Position numbers and translations under genes: made by a program
Virus record (IMG/VR): IMGVR_UViG_3300027891_000005
Location: 10,400-74,399 of that record
DNA: 64,000 nt
From: a virus
Strand: one strand, 5' to 3'
In this document: piece after piece, positions 54,073 to 63,690 of the stretch
How the letters are laid out: every line of letters begins with the position of its first letter
How positions within the stretch are numbered: position 1 is the first letter of the stretch
The notes under the pieces: model-generated
The model's input: the letters and a program-made list of their open reading frames with translations, nothing else
Database searches by the model: none
Told to the model about the DNA's origin: nothing

Positions 54073-57000
54073 CTAGAAGTCATAAGCAGACAGATCTTCA
54101 AGCCCGTCTATTTCTTCTTGTGTTAAGACAACCGTATAGCCCATGTCGGCGGCCATATCTTCGTAATTGGCTTCATCGGCGGCATACCAATTGGAATTAT
54201 TATCGTCCATAAAAAAAGAACCGCCAGGGATGTTATCCCCAGCGGTTTCAGCCATGACGCCATAACCGGTATCCCTGCCGGTATTAATGAACGTCACGAT
54301 GTTTGCGGTGCGATAAACCCTGAATTCCTTTCCATTTTCATCCTTCTTTGTGTAATATTCTGTGTTGCTTTTGCCGAATACCGGGATGCAGACAAACTTA
54401 AGCTCTTTACCGATAAGCGCGGCGATATCGCTCATAGTGGAAACGTTTTTGTCTGCGTCGAATATTGTACCGACCCACTCGCCGTTTACCATGAGGACAT
54501 ACTTCAAATTGCCATTCATGGTTGTCGGCGCGATGGTTGTCACGCTTCCCTCGGCCTGCATACGCGTAACGGCATAGCGGGAATCCTTGGCGCCTTCCGC
54601 AATCTCGGATGTTTTCCAGGATACCTTGATGTTGTACTCGCCCTCGGCGGCCTTCTTATTGGCCTTCTTCATTACAGGCACGATAAGCTTTACACTGCCG
54701 TTAGTTGTCCCGTTGACTTCATACAGCCCATCGGCGATACCGGAAACCTTGTCTAGGAACGGCTGCCCGATGCCTTCGGCTCTGCACTTGCCGTCTTCCA
54801 CTACTACGCGGGCCGTATCGGGAGGCACATTTATACTCAGCACACGGTAGTCCGTATTGCTGATGCTCTTAGCGACCGCATGGATGCCGTCAAAACAGCA
54901 CATAAACACAAAGCTGTTGATGCCTTGGTTATTGTGCCCTTTCCTCATCAGGCGTTCTTCGCCTACGCAATAGGCGGCAAGTGCCAAGCTATACCTGTCG
55001 CCTGACAAAGCGGCAAGCTTGTCCGTATACTCCGCAATGACCTCTTTACGCAGCCCCATCATCTCTTCCTTAGAAAGGGCGCGAGACGAGAATATTGCCC
55101 TGATGTCGGACGCATAGGCGCTCTCAAGGGCGGCCGCTTCTTCTTTGATCCTGTCGTATTCGTTGATGTCAACAAGCTCGCTTTGTTTGTAAGACTCCGC
55201 AAGGCTATAGCAGCAGCTATAATCCGGTTCGATGGTAGCGATTTCGTTAGCGACAAACGCATGGATGTGGCTCATGATGTCGTTAGTTTCATACATAAGG
55301 TCGATCTTGCGCAACTTCTTTTTGCCGACCTCTTTATCGGTAACAATGCCGACCCTCTGGCCACCGGTTTTAAGCGGCACGTTGGATCCGTGGTTGAAGC
55401 GCTGTACGCGGACAGATACGCGGTTGCCATTCCTATCCTCATAATCTTTGTCCTCAGCAATGTCGAATTTCTTTTCCGTCTTGCCTTTGATATCGGCAAA
55501 CCAGCGGGTCACGAACGGTATCTGGTGTTCAGGCCCGAAATTAGGCTTATAGCCGCTCTTAGGGCTGTCTATCTCAAGCTCGCTCATCGTAGTGAGGATA
55601 ACACTCAAGAGATCGAAATAGGCCCTTGCTTCCGCTACAGCGGCCGCGTACGCCACGGGGTCGTTCGCAAGTTTGCGCAGGTTCCTAAATTTGTTATACG
55701 GCGTCTGGGGCTTCTCGCCCTCATGGAACCAGCTTGGCGTATTGATAACGTACTGTGAGAATTTCACGTACGCTGTCAACGCTTCCTCATCATTCAATAA
55801 ACCCAGCACGTTAGTATTGGCGTTTATTATAAGACCGACGCGGCTCTTGACGAGGTTCTTGCGGATCTGCTCTACAAAAACGTCATACTTAAGGGCAACG
55901 TTGTTCCCTTTAGCGCCTGGGTTGTCGTTATAGATAATCACGTCGGATGCCTTAAAGTCATCGACAAAGATTTTTGTTACAAAACAGAAGTCTCCGTCGA
56001 AATCAGCTCCTGCCATACCAAGGGCAGTCGAGTCATAAGCGTTGAATACAACAAGGTCGTTCATAAAACGGTACCAGTCAATAACAACACCGTCTTTGCC
56101 CTTTCGCGTGAATGCCGGCTGGATGCAGTTAAGCTTCCTAATCTGCCTCCAGTTGGTAAGGGGCGTACGCATAGCAAGGGCATGTCCCGCATAGCCGCCA
56201 AGATAAAACTCTCCGGATTTGAGCCCCTGCTCTTTGTCAGGCTCTTTCATAACCGGTGTGTCGCTTTCATTGAACGTGTACTTGCGGGTCACTTTCCCAT
56301 CCCCATCTATATATTTCTTAACCCTGAGGTTGTTGAAATATTCAACGGGATCGCACGCCATAATGTGAATGCTGCCCGGCATTGGCACATGGCCGTTGAG
56401 CATATTCTTTTCTATTGTCTCTTTCCTGCGCATGATGCTGCGTACAACCCATGAAACCGTAAGCGCTGTGGCGGGGTTGGCTAATATGAATTCACGCAGT
56501 TTGTCCGTGGTTATATTCTCTTCCTCGTCCTCTACGATTTCGATGGAGTTTTCATCGGTATATACATAGGGGACGATTTGGAGGAACGCCAGCGCGTTCT
56601 CTATTGATGACGTGCAATTAAGGATCAGGTCTTTAATACGCTCCAGGTATGGCGTGAAATGATCAGGTCCCAGTTGGTTGTTAAGGGTTGTGATCATCTG
56701 GTAGTTCCAAGACACAAACTCGGTCGGCTGCTTGGAGATGTTGGCTACCAAGAATTCCGCCATTGTGGGGTCGAAATCCGACTTCCACATGCCGCCTGTG
56801 AAAATAACGTCTTCGCATACGGCGTTCTTGGTATAGGAACGAAAGTCAAATACAACCAAAATGCCTTTAACCTGGCCGTACCTGATCTGAAACATTGACG
56901 GGAGGCGCTTTAAGCCCATAGCTTTTGCGAGCCTCTTGGCCGTACAGGGAAGCATGAACCCCATGCCGTCATTAGCCGATACGGTTTTCCTCATTTGTTG

Positions 57001-57840
57001 CTTAAACACTTGAAGTTTAGCCATTGCCTTCTCTTCATCGGTACCTGTATCCATAACCCCTTTATATAATCCTTCAAACTTTTCATTGTCTTTGGAATCG
57101 TAATAGGTCAGGGCGGTGAATTCTTTCTCGATTTCTAAATCGTCGGCGCGGGCAAAAGTAAAATCAAAGCCCTTTATGATTGTGCCGTTCGTACCGGACA
57201 GTCCTTTGCGCGAAATGCTCTTGTGTACAGGCTGGAATTCTTCGCGCAGGTACTTGGCGTTGCAGGTAAGCGTTACTGCCGTATCGTCGAAATCGAGCGT
57301 TGACATATCGACTTTGCAAAGGCGGTTTTTGCTACTGGTTTGATCGCTTACCCTATAGATAGCGAACTTTTCCAGTTTCTCACGGCCTTCAACCTTGCAC
57401 TTTACAAACGTCCCTTGCGGCATTACGCCGATTTCCTCAAAAGCCGCAACCGGGAACAATAGGCCGCTGTAACACAGGGCATTTTTCATCGCCACGTCGT
57501 CTTCGTTGTTATCGTTGCCGCCAGACGCATCGGCCTGGACGACATTCTGCATCCAAAGTTCGCCGTCAATTTCTTCCGCGCACTTGTAAGCGCCAAACGA
57601 CATGCCGCCTTTTACTGTTTTCACTACTGACGGGCGCGTATAGCCCCTGCCGTTCTCAAAGTAGAACCTTTTGTGTTCAGGCCTAAGCTCGATAACATCC
57701 GGGTTTACCATTACAAAATCCTTGCCTTCGCGGTTCTTGTAGATAAAGGCGTTGTTTACTTCTGTTCCATCGTTTAAAATCGTTTTGCCGAACACGTCAA
57801 ATACGAACGACCAAGGCTGCCTCTTTTCGATCTGATACAC
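54073..57840 (-). CDS. YonO-like single-subunit RNA polymerase (cellular RdRP / double-psi beta-barrel family)
   Basis: NDGMG, FQIRYGQVKG, MRTP, AGADFDGD (DxDGD), EIDSPKSG; GTG at 57840 after AAAGGTG. Confidence 0.88.
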   Translation of the reverse strand: MYQIEKRQPWSFVFDVFGKTILNDGTEVNNAFIYKNREGKDFVMVNPDVIELRPEHKRFYFENGRGYTRPSVVKTVKGGMSFGAYKCAEEIDGELWMQNVVQADASGGNDNNEDDVAMKNALCYSGLLFPVAAFEEIGVMPQGTFVKCKVEGREKLEKFAIYRVSDQTSSKNRLCKVDMSTLDFDDTAVTLTCNAKYLREEFQPVHKSISRKGLSGTNGTIIKGFDFTFARADDLEIEKEFTALTYYDSKDNEKFEGLYKGVMDTGTDEEKAMAKLQVFKQQMRKTVSANDGMGFMLPCTAKRLAKAMGLKRLPSMFQIRYGQVKGILVVFDFRSYTKNAVCEDVIFTGGMWKSDFDPTMAEFLVANISKQPTEFVSWNYQMITTLNNQLGPDHFTPYLERIKDLILNCTSSIENALAFLQIVPYVYTDENSIEIVEDEEENITTDKLREFILANPATALTVSWVVRSIMRRKETIEKNMLNGHVPMPGSIHIMACDPVEYFNNLRVKKYIDGDGKVTRKYTFNESDTPVMKEPDKEQGLKSGEFYLGGYAGHALAMRTPLTNWRQIRKLNCIQPAFTRKGKDGVVIDWYRFMNDLVVFNAYDSTALGMAGADFDGDFCFVTKIFVDDFKASDVIIYNDNPGAKGNNVALKYDVFVEQIRKNLVKSRVGLIINANTNVLGLLNDEEALTAYVKFSQYVINTPSWFHEGEKPQTPYNKFRNLRKLANDPVAYAAAVAEARAYFDLLSVILTTMSELEIDSPKSGYKPNFGPEHQIPFVTRWFADIKGKTEKKFDIAEDKDYEDRNGNRVSVRVQRFNHGSNVPLKTGGQRVGIVTDKEVGKKKLRKIDLMYETNDIMSHIHAFVANEIATIEPDYSCCYSLAESYKQSELVDINEYDRIKEEAAALESAYASDIRAIFSSRALSKEEMMGLRKEVIAEYTDKLAALSGDRYSLALAAYCVGEERLMRKGHNNQGINSFVFMCCFDGIHAVAKSISNTDYRVLSINVPPDTARVVVEDGKCRAEGIGQPFLDKVSGIADGLYEVNGTTNGSVKLIVPVMKKANKKAAEGEYNIKVSWKTSEIAEGAKDSRYAVTRMQAEGSVTTIAPTTMNGNLKYVLMVNGEWVGTIFDADKNVSTMSDIAALIGKELKFVCIPVFGKSNTEYYTKKDENGKEFRVYRTANIVTFINTGRDTGYGVMAETAGDNIPGGSFFMDDNNSNWYAADEANYEDMAADMGYTVVLTQEEIDGLEDLSAYDF

Positions 57841-57941
57841 TAAAAACACACCTTTCATAATTTTATTTTTAAAGCAATAAAAAAAAGGCATAGTTTAACG
57901 TCACCCATGCCTGTTCGGACGATTTGCCAGGACTGTTGCCC

Positions 57942-58814
57942 TTATGCAACTTTAACGCGCATTTCTTTTGCAATTATAAGGGCCTTTGCCTTCTGCGCCT
58001 CCCATACAGCCAGCTTCCCGCTGTCTTTCTCTTTCCTTGACGCAACGAGGCCCGCTTTGACCTTGTTGTATTTCGAGAAAAAAATTAAGGCCTCAGCAGC
58101 CATACCGGCAAACTGGGCCTTTTCAATCTGCAATTTCTCCATGAGCGCGTGGTCTTTGACCTTCACATCCCACGAGTTGTTCCTCTGCACCTGATATGCG
58201 TACGCCACCTGCGCCTTTCCTGCGTACAGGTTGATAAAATCCATGCCGTTGCGCCCTATGCCATGTGTGAGATGGTATTCCGGCGCGGCCGCATCCTCTT
58301 TTGCCGGGCCAACAAGGGGATCGGGCTTGAAGGGGGCCCATTTGCCGTTCAGATACTCAAGCGAGAACTTTTCGCTCTCTTCTGACCCAGGCGCTACCTC
58401 CCTGGCGTCAACTACGCCTGACAAATCAGCGTCTATATCAGCCACGAACAGCCTGCTCATCTGAGCGGAAACGAAACCGTCCCTGTTGATTTGTGCAGCG
58501 TTAACAGCGTGCGCGTTTTGATACTTTACTTCCTCAGGCAGATCCACAGAAATAAACAGGGCCCCCTGATGAAGCGCGCTTGTATACAGGCTTGTGTCAT
58601 CCATATCAGCCGTTAAAATTTCATTGCCAGTTTTAATTGTGATACTCATCTTTACTTCCTCCTTTTTATTTTCAATGATGTACCGCTGTACCTTCGCTTC
58701 GATTTCCTCGTCTAACGCGTTGTTTAATAAATTATTGAACGCTTCGGTGTCCAGGTTGTTACAGACCATCTCAAGCAGGTCTATCCTCTCTTCGTTTGTC
58801 AGTGCTTTTGCCAT
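57942..58814 (-). CDS. Hypothetical protein
   Basis: 290 aa; AAGGAG SD. Confidence 0.7.
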   Translation of the reverse strand: MAKALTNEERIDLLEMVCNNLDTEAFNNLLNNALDEEIEAKVQRYIIENKKEEVKMSITIKTGNEILTADMDDTSLYTSALHQGALFISVDLPEEVKYQNAHAVNAAQINRDGFVSAQMSRLFVADIDADLSGVVDAREVAPGSEESEKFSLEYLNGKWAPFKPDPLVGPAKEDAAAPEYHLTHGIGRNGMDFINLYAGKAQVAYAYQVQRNNSWDVKVKDHALMEKLQIEKAQFAGMAAEALIFFSKYNKVKAGLVASRKEKDSGKLAVWEAQKAKALIIAKEMRVKVA

Positions 58815-58853
58815 TTACAACATCTCCTTTTTATTTTTTTTATGCGTGTCCCA

Positions 58854-58865
58854 GGACAATCGTCC
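58854..58865. repeat. Palindrome GGACAATCGTCC upstream of the 290-aa gene
   Basis: Exact copy followed by TCGC, as at 32420. Confidence 0.75.
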
Positions 58866-59168
58866 TCGCATACCAGATTAAAATCCTCTTGAAAAAAATA
58901 AACCCCCAATCGCTTCCGCCGCCCAGATCTAAGACCCCATGGGCATGAAACGATTTTGAGTTTACAAAGATCAATATTATTACCGCCTGGAAAATTTATA
59001 TATTTTTATCCGGTATCGATTTTTTTTTGAATATAATTTTAAAATAAAAATTAAAATATAAATTTTTTTGTATTACAGTAGTACCTCTGCGTAAGGAATA
59101 TAGTAATTGCCGTCAGGAACACTTCTTTTTTATCAAATCATATATTGATAAAAAAGGAGTGTTGACTG

Positions 59169-59417
59169 ATGGCTTTTTCTTTTCAAATTCCAAAACCAAA
59201 AAACCTGGGCCAAGTGTTGGTACAGACATCGAAGACCATTCGAGACGGCGGCGGAACATTCTCCGGAACTGAAGAATACGGCGGTTTCACCGGAAACGGC
59301 GTCAAGGGCACATATGCGGTCGGAGACCAAATCTCGATTACCATTACCGAAAAGCCGTTCCTGGTGCCGGAATCACTTGTAAAATCGACAATTACAGACT
59401 TTTTCAAAGGAGTATAA
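59169..59417 (+). CDS. Small hypothetical protein
   Basis: AAGGAG SD; ITITEKPFLVPESLVK. Confidence 0.65.
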   Translation: MAFSFQIPKPKNLGQVLVQTSKTIRDGGGTFSGTEEYGGFTGNGVKGTYAVGDQISITITEKPFLVPESLVKSTITDFFKGV

Positions 59418-59608
59418 TATTTTTAGCGACTGGGGAAATGGATGGGTCGGCTTTACTATAGAATCCAATTGAATGGATATTGAAAGGGCAAAAAAAAAGC
59501 GGCGGATTATAAATATAGTTATTTTAATAAATTTTAAAGAATAAGCCTTTCATACGAATTTGCGGCGCAAAGGGTGAGCATTAAGAAAATAGGGATTTAA
59601 AATAAAAA

Positions 59609-59646
59609 ATGAAGGCGCGTAGCCTTTCTTACGCGCCTTCATTTTT
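59609..59646. terminator. Bidirectional intrinsic terminator
   Basis: ATGAAGGCGCGTA / TACGCGCCTTCAT with flanking A and T runs. Confidence 0.8.
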
Positions 59647-59721
59647 TATTGCCTCTACATTCAATATCCCCGCCTGTATATTATATTTCAAATAAACCTT
59701 TTCTAAAGAGGTGTTTTTTTA

Positions 59722-60051
59722 ATGGATATAAATTTGGTTAATTCAAATAAGGGCACTATACCGGGATCTGCCAGCCGGCTCAGGAGCAACAGTTCTAATG
59801 CCGTAATAAGCAACACCGATATACCGAAAAGCAGCTTCGGAAACAATGTCGGGACTATAAATGCGACTATCCCTAAATCCAGGTCGGTAGGTTTGGCGCG
59901 AAATGCCGGCGCCTCGTATGGGTCCACCGTATTAAGCAACCGTACCGACAGGCGCGGGGCCGTAGACAACATCAAGCTTAAGCATCAGCAGATGTTTGGT
60001 ACCGGGACAGACAATATGCGTAATACCAAAAACCCTTTTGTTATTAATTAA
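59722..60051 (+). CDS. Hypothetical late-region protein (Ser/Asn-rich)
   Basis: AAAGAGGTG SD. Confidence 0.6.
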   Translation: MDINLVNSNKGTIPGSASRLRSNSSNAVISNTDIPKSSFGNNVGTINATIPKSRSVGLARNAGASYGSTVLSNRTDRRGAVDNIKLKHQQMFGTGTDNMRNTKNPFVIN

Positions 60052-60101
60052 TTATTTTATTTAATAAAAAATATTTATTTTTGTAGGAACGGAAAGTATG
60101 A

Positions 60102-60941
60102 ATGCCAAATAAAAAAAGAAAAAAACCCGCGGCACAGCCGGAAGAAGAGTTCGATTTATGGGACGAGGACGATGATTTATTAGAGGTTGAAAAAAACAGG
60201 AAAACACTCCGGGACATACCTAAGGAGCTTATCGACCCGCACGCCGGCAAGCACCCGGTCGAGCTTATATGGGGCCTCCGCAAAGGCGAGATAGAGGAAA
60301 CAAATAGGAACGCCAGGATGTTTTCGATGAAACATGGGATGCTTGCCGGCGTGCCTTTGATATGCAAAGACGAGAAATGTAGTTTTATCGACGTATGCAC
60401 GGTGGATAAATTATATAGGCGGAAGAAAATGCGCTGCCCCATGGAGATAGCGGCGTTGATATCCCGGTTCGAATACTACTGCCGCCATTTTGAGGTAGGC
60501 GTCGGGGACGATGTGCTTCCGGAAGAGGTCACTGACCTGACGCTTATCAGGCAGCTTTGCGATTTGGAGATACAGATACTCAGGGCAGACAATAAAATAG
60601 CCATTGACGGCGATTTTATCGTACGGAACTTGATCGACGAGACGAAAAAAAGCGGGCTTTTGATATACGAAGATAAAGTGTCCCCTGCCACCGCGTTCAA
60701 ACTTGAACTGTATAACAAGCATAATAAAATCCTTCAACTATTGGCGGCTACACGGAAGGACAAAGTAAATATCGCCGTGTCCGACGCTTCCGTGCAGGCT
60801 TCCGAATTAATGCGGAAGATCAAGGAGCTTAAGGAGGAGGACATTATAAACGTTAATTTGGAAGAAGACGAGCTTGTCAATGACGACGGCTCCATTAACT
60901 TTAATATCATAAGTAAATTTGCGGAAGGCGGTGAAGGGTAA
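60102..60941 (+). CDS. Late-region protein, possible terminase small subunit
   Basis: Cys cluster followed by helical region; upstream of terL; assignment is positional inference. Confidence 0.45.
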   Translation: MPNKKRKKPAAQPEEEFDLWDEDDDLLEVEKNRKTLRDIPKELIDPHAGKHPVELIWGLRKGEIEETNRNARMFSMKHGMLAGVPLICKDEKCSFIDVCTVDKLYRRKKMRCPMEIAALISRFEYYCRHFEVGVGDDVLPEEVTDLTLIRQLCDLEIQILRADNKIAIDGDFIVRNLIDETKKSGLLIYEDKVSPATAFKLELYNKHNKILQLLAATRKDKVNIAVSDASVQASELMRKIKELKEEDIINVNLEEDELVNDDGSINFNIISKFAEGGEG

Positions 60942-61675
60942 TGGCAATGATGACAGGCGACGCTGCCGGGATTATAGCAAATAAGGTTGCAAAAGAGGGG
61001 ACTACCGGGTTTGTTTGTTCCGCGCTAAAAAGGGCCGGGGCGAAAATAAACCCTAAAATACCAAAAACAGGCGCGGAATTGGCAAGGCACCAAGAATATT
61101 TGCAAAACCTCTATATGAGCCGTATGCCGTCTATGGCTTCTTTGGAAGCCCGATCCGATATGCTTGGCGCGGCGAATAACAGGCTGACGGATCTTGAAAA
61201 CCAGTTGGCTGCCGTATCTGACAACAAAGAAGGTATTCTAAATATTGTAGGCAATGCAAGAAACAACATGAGCAGGAAAGGCCTCCAAAATAAAATAGAC
61301 GCCCAAAAAAGGGGCATAGCGGAATTCCGAAGCACAACCCCGGATGTACAGGCAAGGGCGACATTCCAAGACGAAGCCGCCGCCATAAACGCGGAAGTTA
61401 CGAAAAGACGGGAAGCTATTAATTGGGCGCCTATAGGCAGTGATAGAAAAAAAGCTTTTAAAGCCGGCGGGTTTACCGGGCTTATGAACTCGTATCAGAA
61501 CGTTGAAGGCAATTTAAACTGGGGCGCGGCCGCACGGGACGCCGCTGGATTGACAGTAGGCGGGGCCGTAGGGCTAAACGCGCTTGGGGACGCAGGGGGC
61601 TTGTTGTTCGGGAACAGGACTTTGACAACCGACGAAGTTGGCAGGAAAGACATAGCCCTCGTGCCATTTATTTAA
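60941..61675 (+). CDS. Gly/Ala-rich late protein
   Basis: Coiled coil plus hydrophobic GLTVGGAVGLNALG. Confidence 0.65.
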   Translation: MAMMTGDAAGIIANKVAKEGTTGFVCSALKRAGAKINPKIPKTGAELARHQEYLQNLYMSRMPSMASLEARSDMLGAANNRLTDLENQLAAVSDNKEGILNIVGNARNNMSRKGLQNKIDAQKRGIAEFRSTTPDVQARATFQDEAAAINAEVTKRREAINWAPIGSDRKKAFKAGGFTGLMNSYQNVEGNLNWGAAARDAAGLTVGGAVGLNALGDAGGLLFGNRTLTTDEVGRKDIALVPFI

Positions 61676-61720
61676 GTTTTATTTATATATCATAAACTTT
61701 ATAGGAAGCCGGTGAGAATA

Positions 61721-62302
61721 ATGGCTAAAGGCTTAGGTAGAGCAATAATAAATGAAAATAAAATGGCCGGGAAGTTCATTCAAAATTCAATTAATGCAAA
61801 TATGGTTTCCGGGAATGTAATTGTAAAAAACATTGACCCGGGGCTGCCGATAGGAGCTAGGGCTGCTTCATCTGTTGCAGGGCTTGCGCCTGCCGCAACA
61901 ACAAGATCATTAGCCGCAGGTACAATTGACCCAGTTCTTTCCGCCGCGGCAGGCGGTGCGGGAAGCGCCGCCGCTATGCCGGCGGCGGGCTTAGTAGGCT
62001 CCCCTGTGGGCGACACGGCAGGGAGGATTGCCGGCGCTACAAATACATATTGGGGCGGGGTCAGAGACGTAGGCGGCGATATAAAACGGGGTGCAAGAAG
62101 CCTTTGGGAAAAAACGAGGGATTATTATACCGGCGCCGATATCGAAGGGGCCGCGGATTTTAGAAGGCAAATGGGAAGCAGGTATGCCATTGCCGGAGGG
62201 GCCGTTGCCGGATCCCTGGCAGCCATAGGCTTAATGAATTCAAGCGAAGACAGGCGTATGCAAAGGAATGTGCAAAGGGCCACGGGCGGGTACGGATATT
62301 AA
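61721..62302 (+). CDS. Gly/Ala-rich late protein
   Basis: AIAGGAVAGSLAAIGL hydrophobic segment. Confidence 0.65.
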   Translation: MAKGLGRAIINENKMAGKFIQNSINANMVSGNVIVKNIDPGLPIGARAASSVAGLAPAATTRSLAAGTIDPVLSAAAGGAGSAAAMPAAGLVGSPVGDTAGRIAGATNTYWGGVRDVGGDIKRGARSLWEKTRDYYTGADIEGAADFRRQMGSRYAIAGGAVAGSLAAIGLMNSSEDRRMQRNVQRATGGYGY

Positions 62303-62328
62303 TTCGATTATTTAAAGGTTGGTCAAAC

Positions 62329-62940
62329 ATGCCTACTGTAAATTTAATTCAAGACTTAGTAGACGTAACTAAAGGAGTATTTAAATCCACTTCCAAAATT
62401 ACCCCAAAATCCGCAGCCAAAGCAGCCGCCGCAGGCACCGCGAAAGGGGCATGGGGCGTAGCTGCGGGTACAGGCAAATGGGCCGGCGCAAGGACAAAAA
62501 CTTTAGTTACCGATGAAATACCCGAATTAGCCAGGGATATAAAGAATATTTATAATTCTTCCCTTTTTCAAAACATCAAAGACACCGACAGGGATTTCGG
62601 CCTTATATGGGAAGGCTATAAAGCTTTAGGCGGGCGGGAGTTTTCCGGGGGCGGCAAAGCGCTCGCTTATACTGCGGCCGGCGGAATTGCGGCTTACGGA
62701 ATGTACAAAGGGTACAGCACAGGCAATAACCGTGTAATAATGGGGAATATCGACGCCGATCTGGAAGGCCTGCCAAATAAGGTGTCCTCCAATGCCTCCC
62801 CAGTCAATATGTCGGAAGAAGGCATTGGCGAGGCGATGGCAAGCCAACGGAGGCGCTCGATACGGAACTCCGGCGCGGACGGCGAGCTTGCGATGTCACT
62901 GCATAGGCTGTACGGCACGGGCCAGCAGCGGTTTATTTAG
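62329..62940 (+). CDS. Gly/Ala-rich late protein
   Basis: ALAYTAAGGIAAYGMY hydrophobic segment. Confidence 0.65.
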   Translation: MPTVNLIQDLVDVTKGVFKSTSKITPKSAAKAAAAGTAKGAWGVAAGTGKWAGARTKTLVTDEIPELARDIKNIYNSSLFQNIKDTDRDFGLIWEGYKALGGREFSGGGKALAYTAAGGIAAYGMYKGYSTGNNRVIMGNIDADLEGLPNKVSSNASPVNMSEEGIGEAMASQRRRSIRNSGADGELAMSLHRLYGTGQQRFI

Positions 62941-62959
62941 AAAGGGGATTTAATATAAT

Positions 62960-63403
62960 ATGTCCGCTTATATGACGGCCGCAATAGCGGGGCAGATAGC
63001 GTTGGGCGTATTCGGCAAAAACCTCCCGAAAGGCGTCAAGCTTGCCGGGGACGCGGCGGCCTATGGGCTGACATTTGCCGGGGCAAGGCAGGAAGGCAGA
63101 TCCGGCTGGGGCGACATAGGCTCAATGGTGGCATGGAATATAGGGTCCGCGGTGCTTGGCACGGGGCCTATGATGGCGCTTACCGGCGCGACCCTTGTTG
63201 GCGCGATGGCGCCTGCGCTTTACCAATCCGCCGTCCAGACCGCGGGCGTCAGGAACCAGGCATATCTCGGCTCGTTCGGCGGTGGCTTCCAAATGTCGCA
63301 GACGGCCGCGACAATGCGGGACGCCGGGATGCGGGCAATAAATGAAAACGGTTATAACCTGAGATCCGTCCTCGGATCGGAAGTAAGGAAATACGTTCAA
63401 TAA
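62960..63403 (+). CDS. Gly/Ala-rich hydrophobic late protein
   Basis: Several Gly/Ala-rich hydrophobic stretches; AAAGGGG SD. Confidence 0.65.
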   Translation: MSAYMTAAIAGQIALGVFGKNLPKGVKLAGDAAAYGLTFAGARQEGRSGWGDIGSMVAWNIGSAVLGTGPMMALTGATLVGAMAPALYQSAVQTAGVRNQAYLGSFGGGFQMSQTAATMRDAGMRAINENGYNLRSVLGSEVRKYVQ

Positions 63404-63432
63404 AAACAATTTTAAAAAAGGAGTTTTTATAT

Positions 63433-63672
63433 ATGAACCCATCGCCAAGGATATCACCGAGATTGGAGGGCTTAAACCTGCCCCCGCGTTTCCCCCATGC
63501 AAATTTTGAGACAAAAAACCATAAACGTGAAATTGCCACAAGCAAATGGTTCTTTAGGAACGCGGATCTGTTTTTGCTAAGCCAAAACCAGGCATTGGAC
63601 AACGAACCCAATATTTTTGCGCGCAAATTTTTGCGCATGTATAACAACCTCGTCCCGGCGCCGCGCAGCTAA
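63433..63672 (+). CDS. 79-aa ORF in frame with terL
   Basis: AAAGGAG SD; TAA at 63670-63672. Confidence 0.55.
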   Translation: MNPSPRISPRLEGLNLPPRFPHANFETKNHKREIATSKWFFRNADLFLLSQNQALDNEPNIFARKFLRMYNNLVPAPRS

Positions 63673-63690
63673 TCGGTATTAAGACAAGCC

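Noticed and set aside
546-59407. Numerous antisense or overlapping track ORFs (e.g. 1906-2244+, 8976-9341+, 16126-16584+, 19266-19751+, 55183-55758+)
   Set aside because: They lie opposite well-supported genes, lack SD sequences and show no recognisable motifs; treated as shadow ORFs
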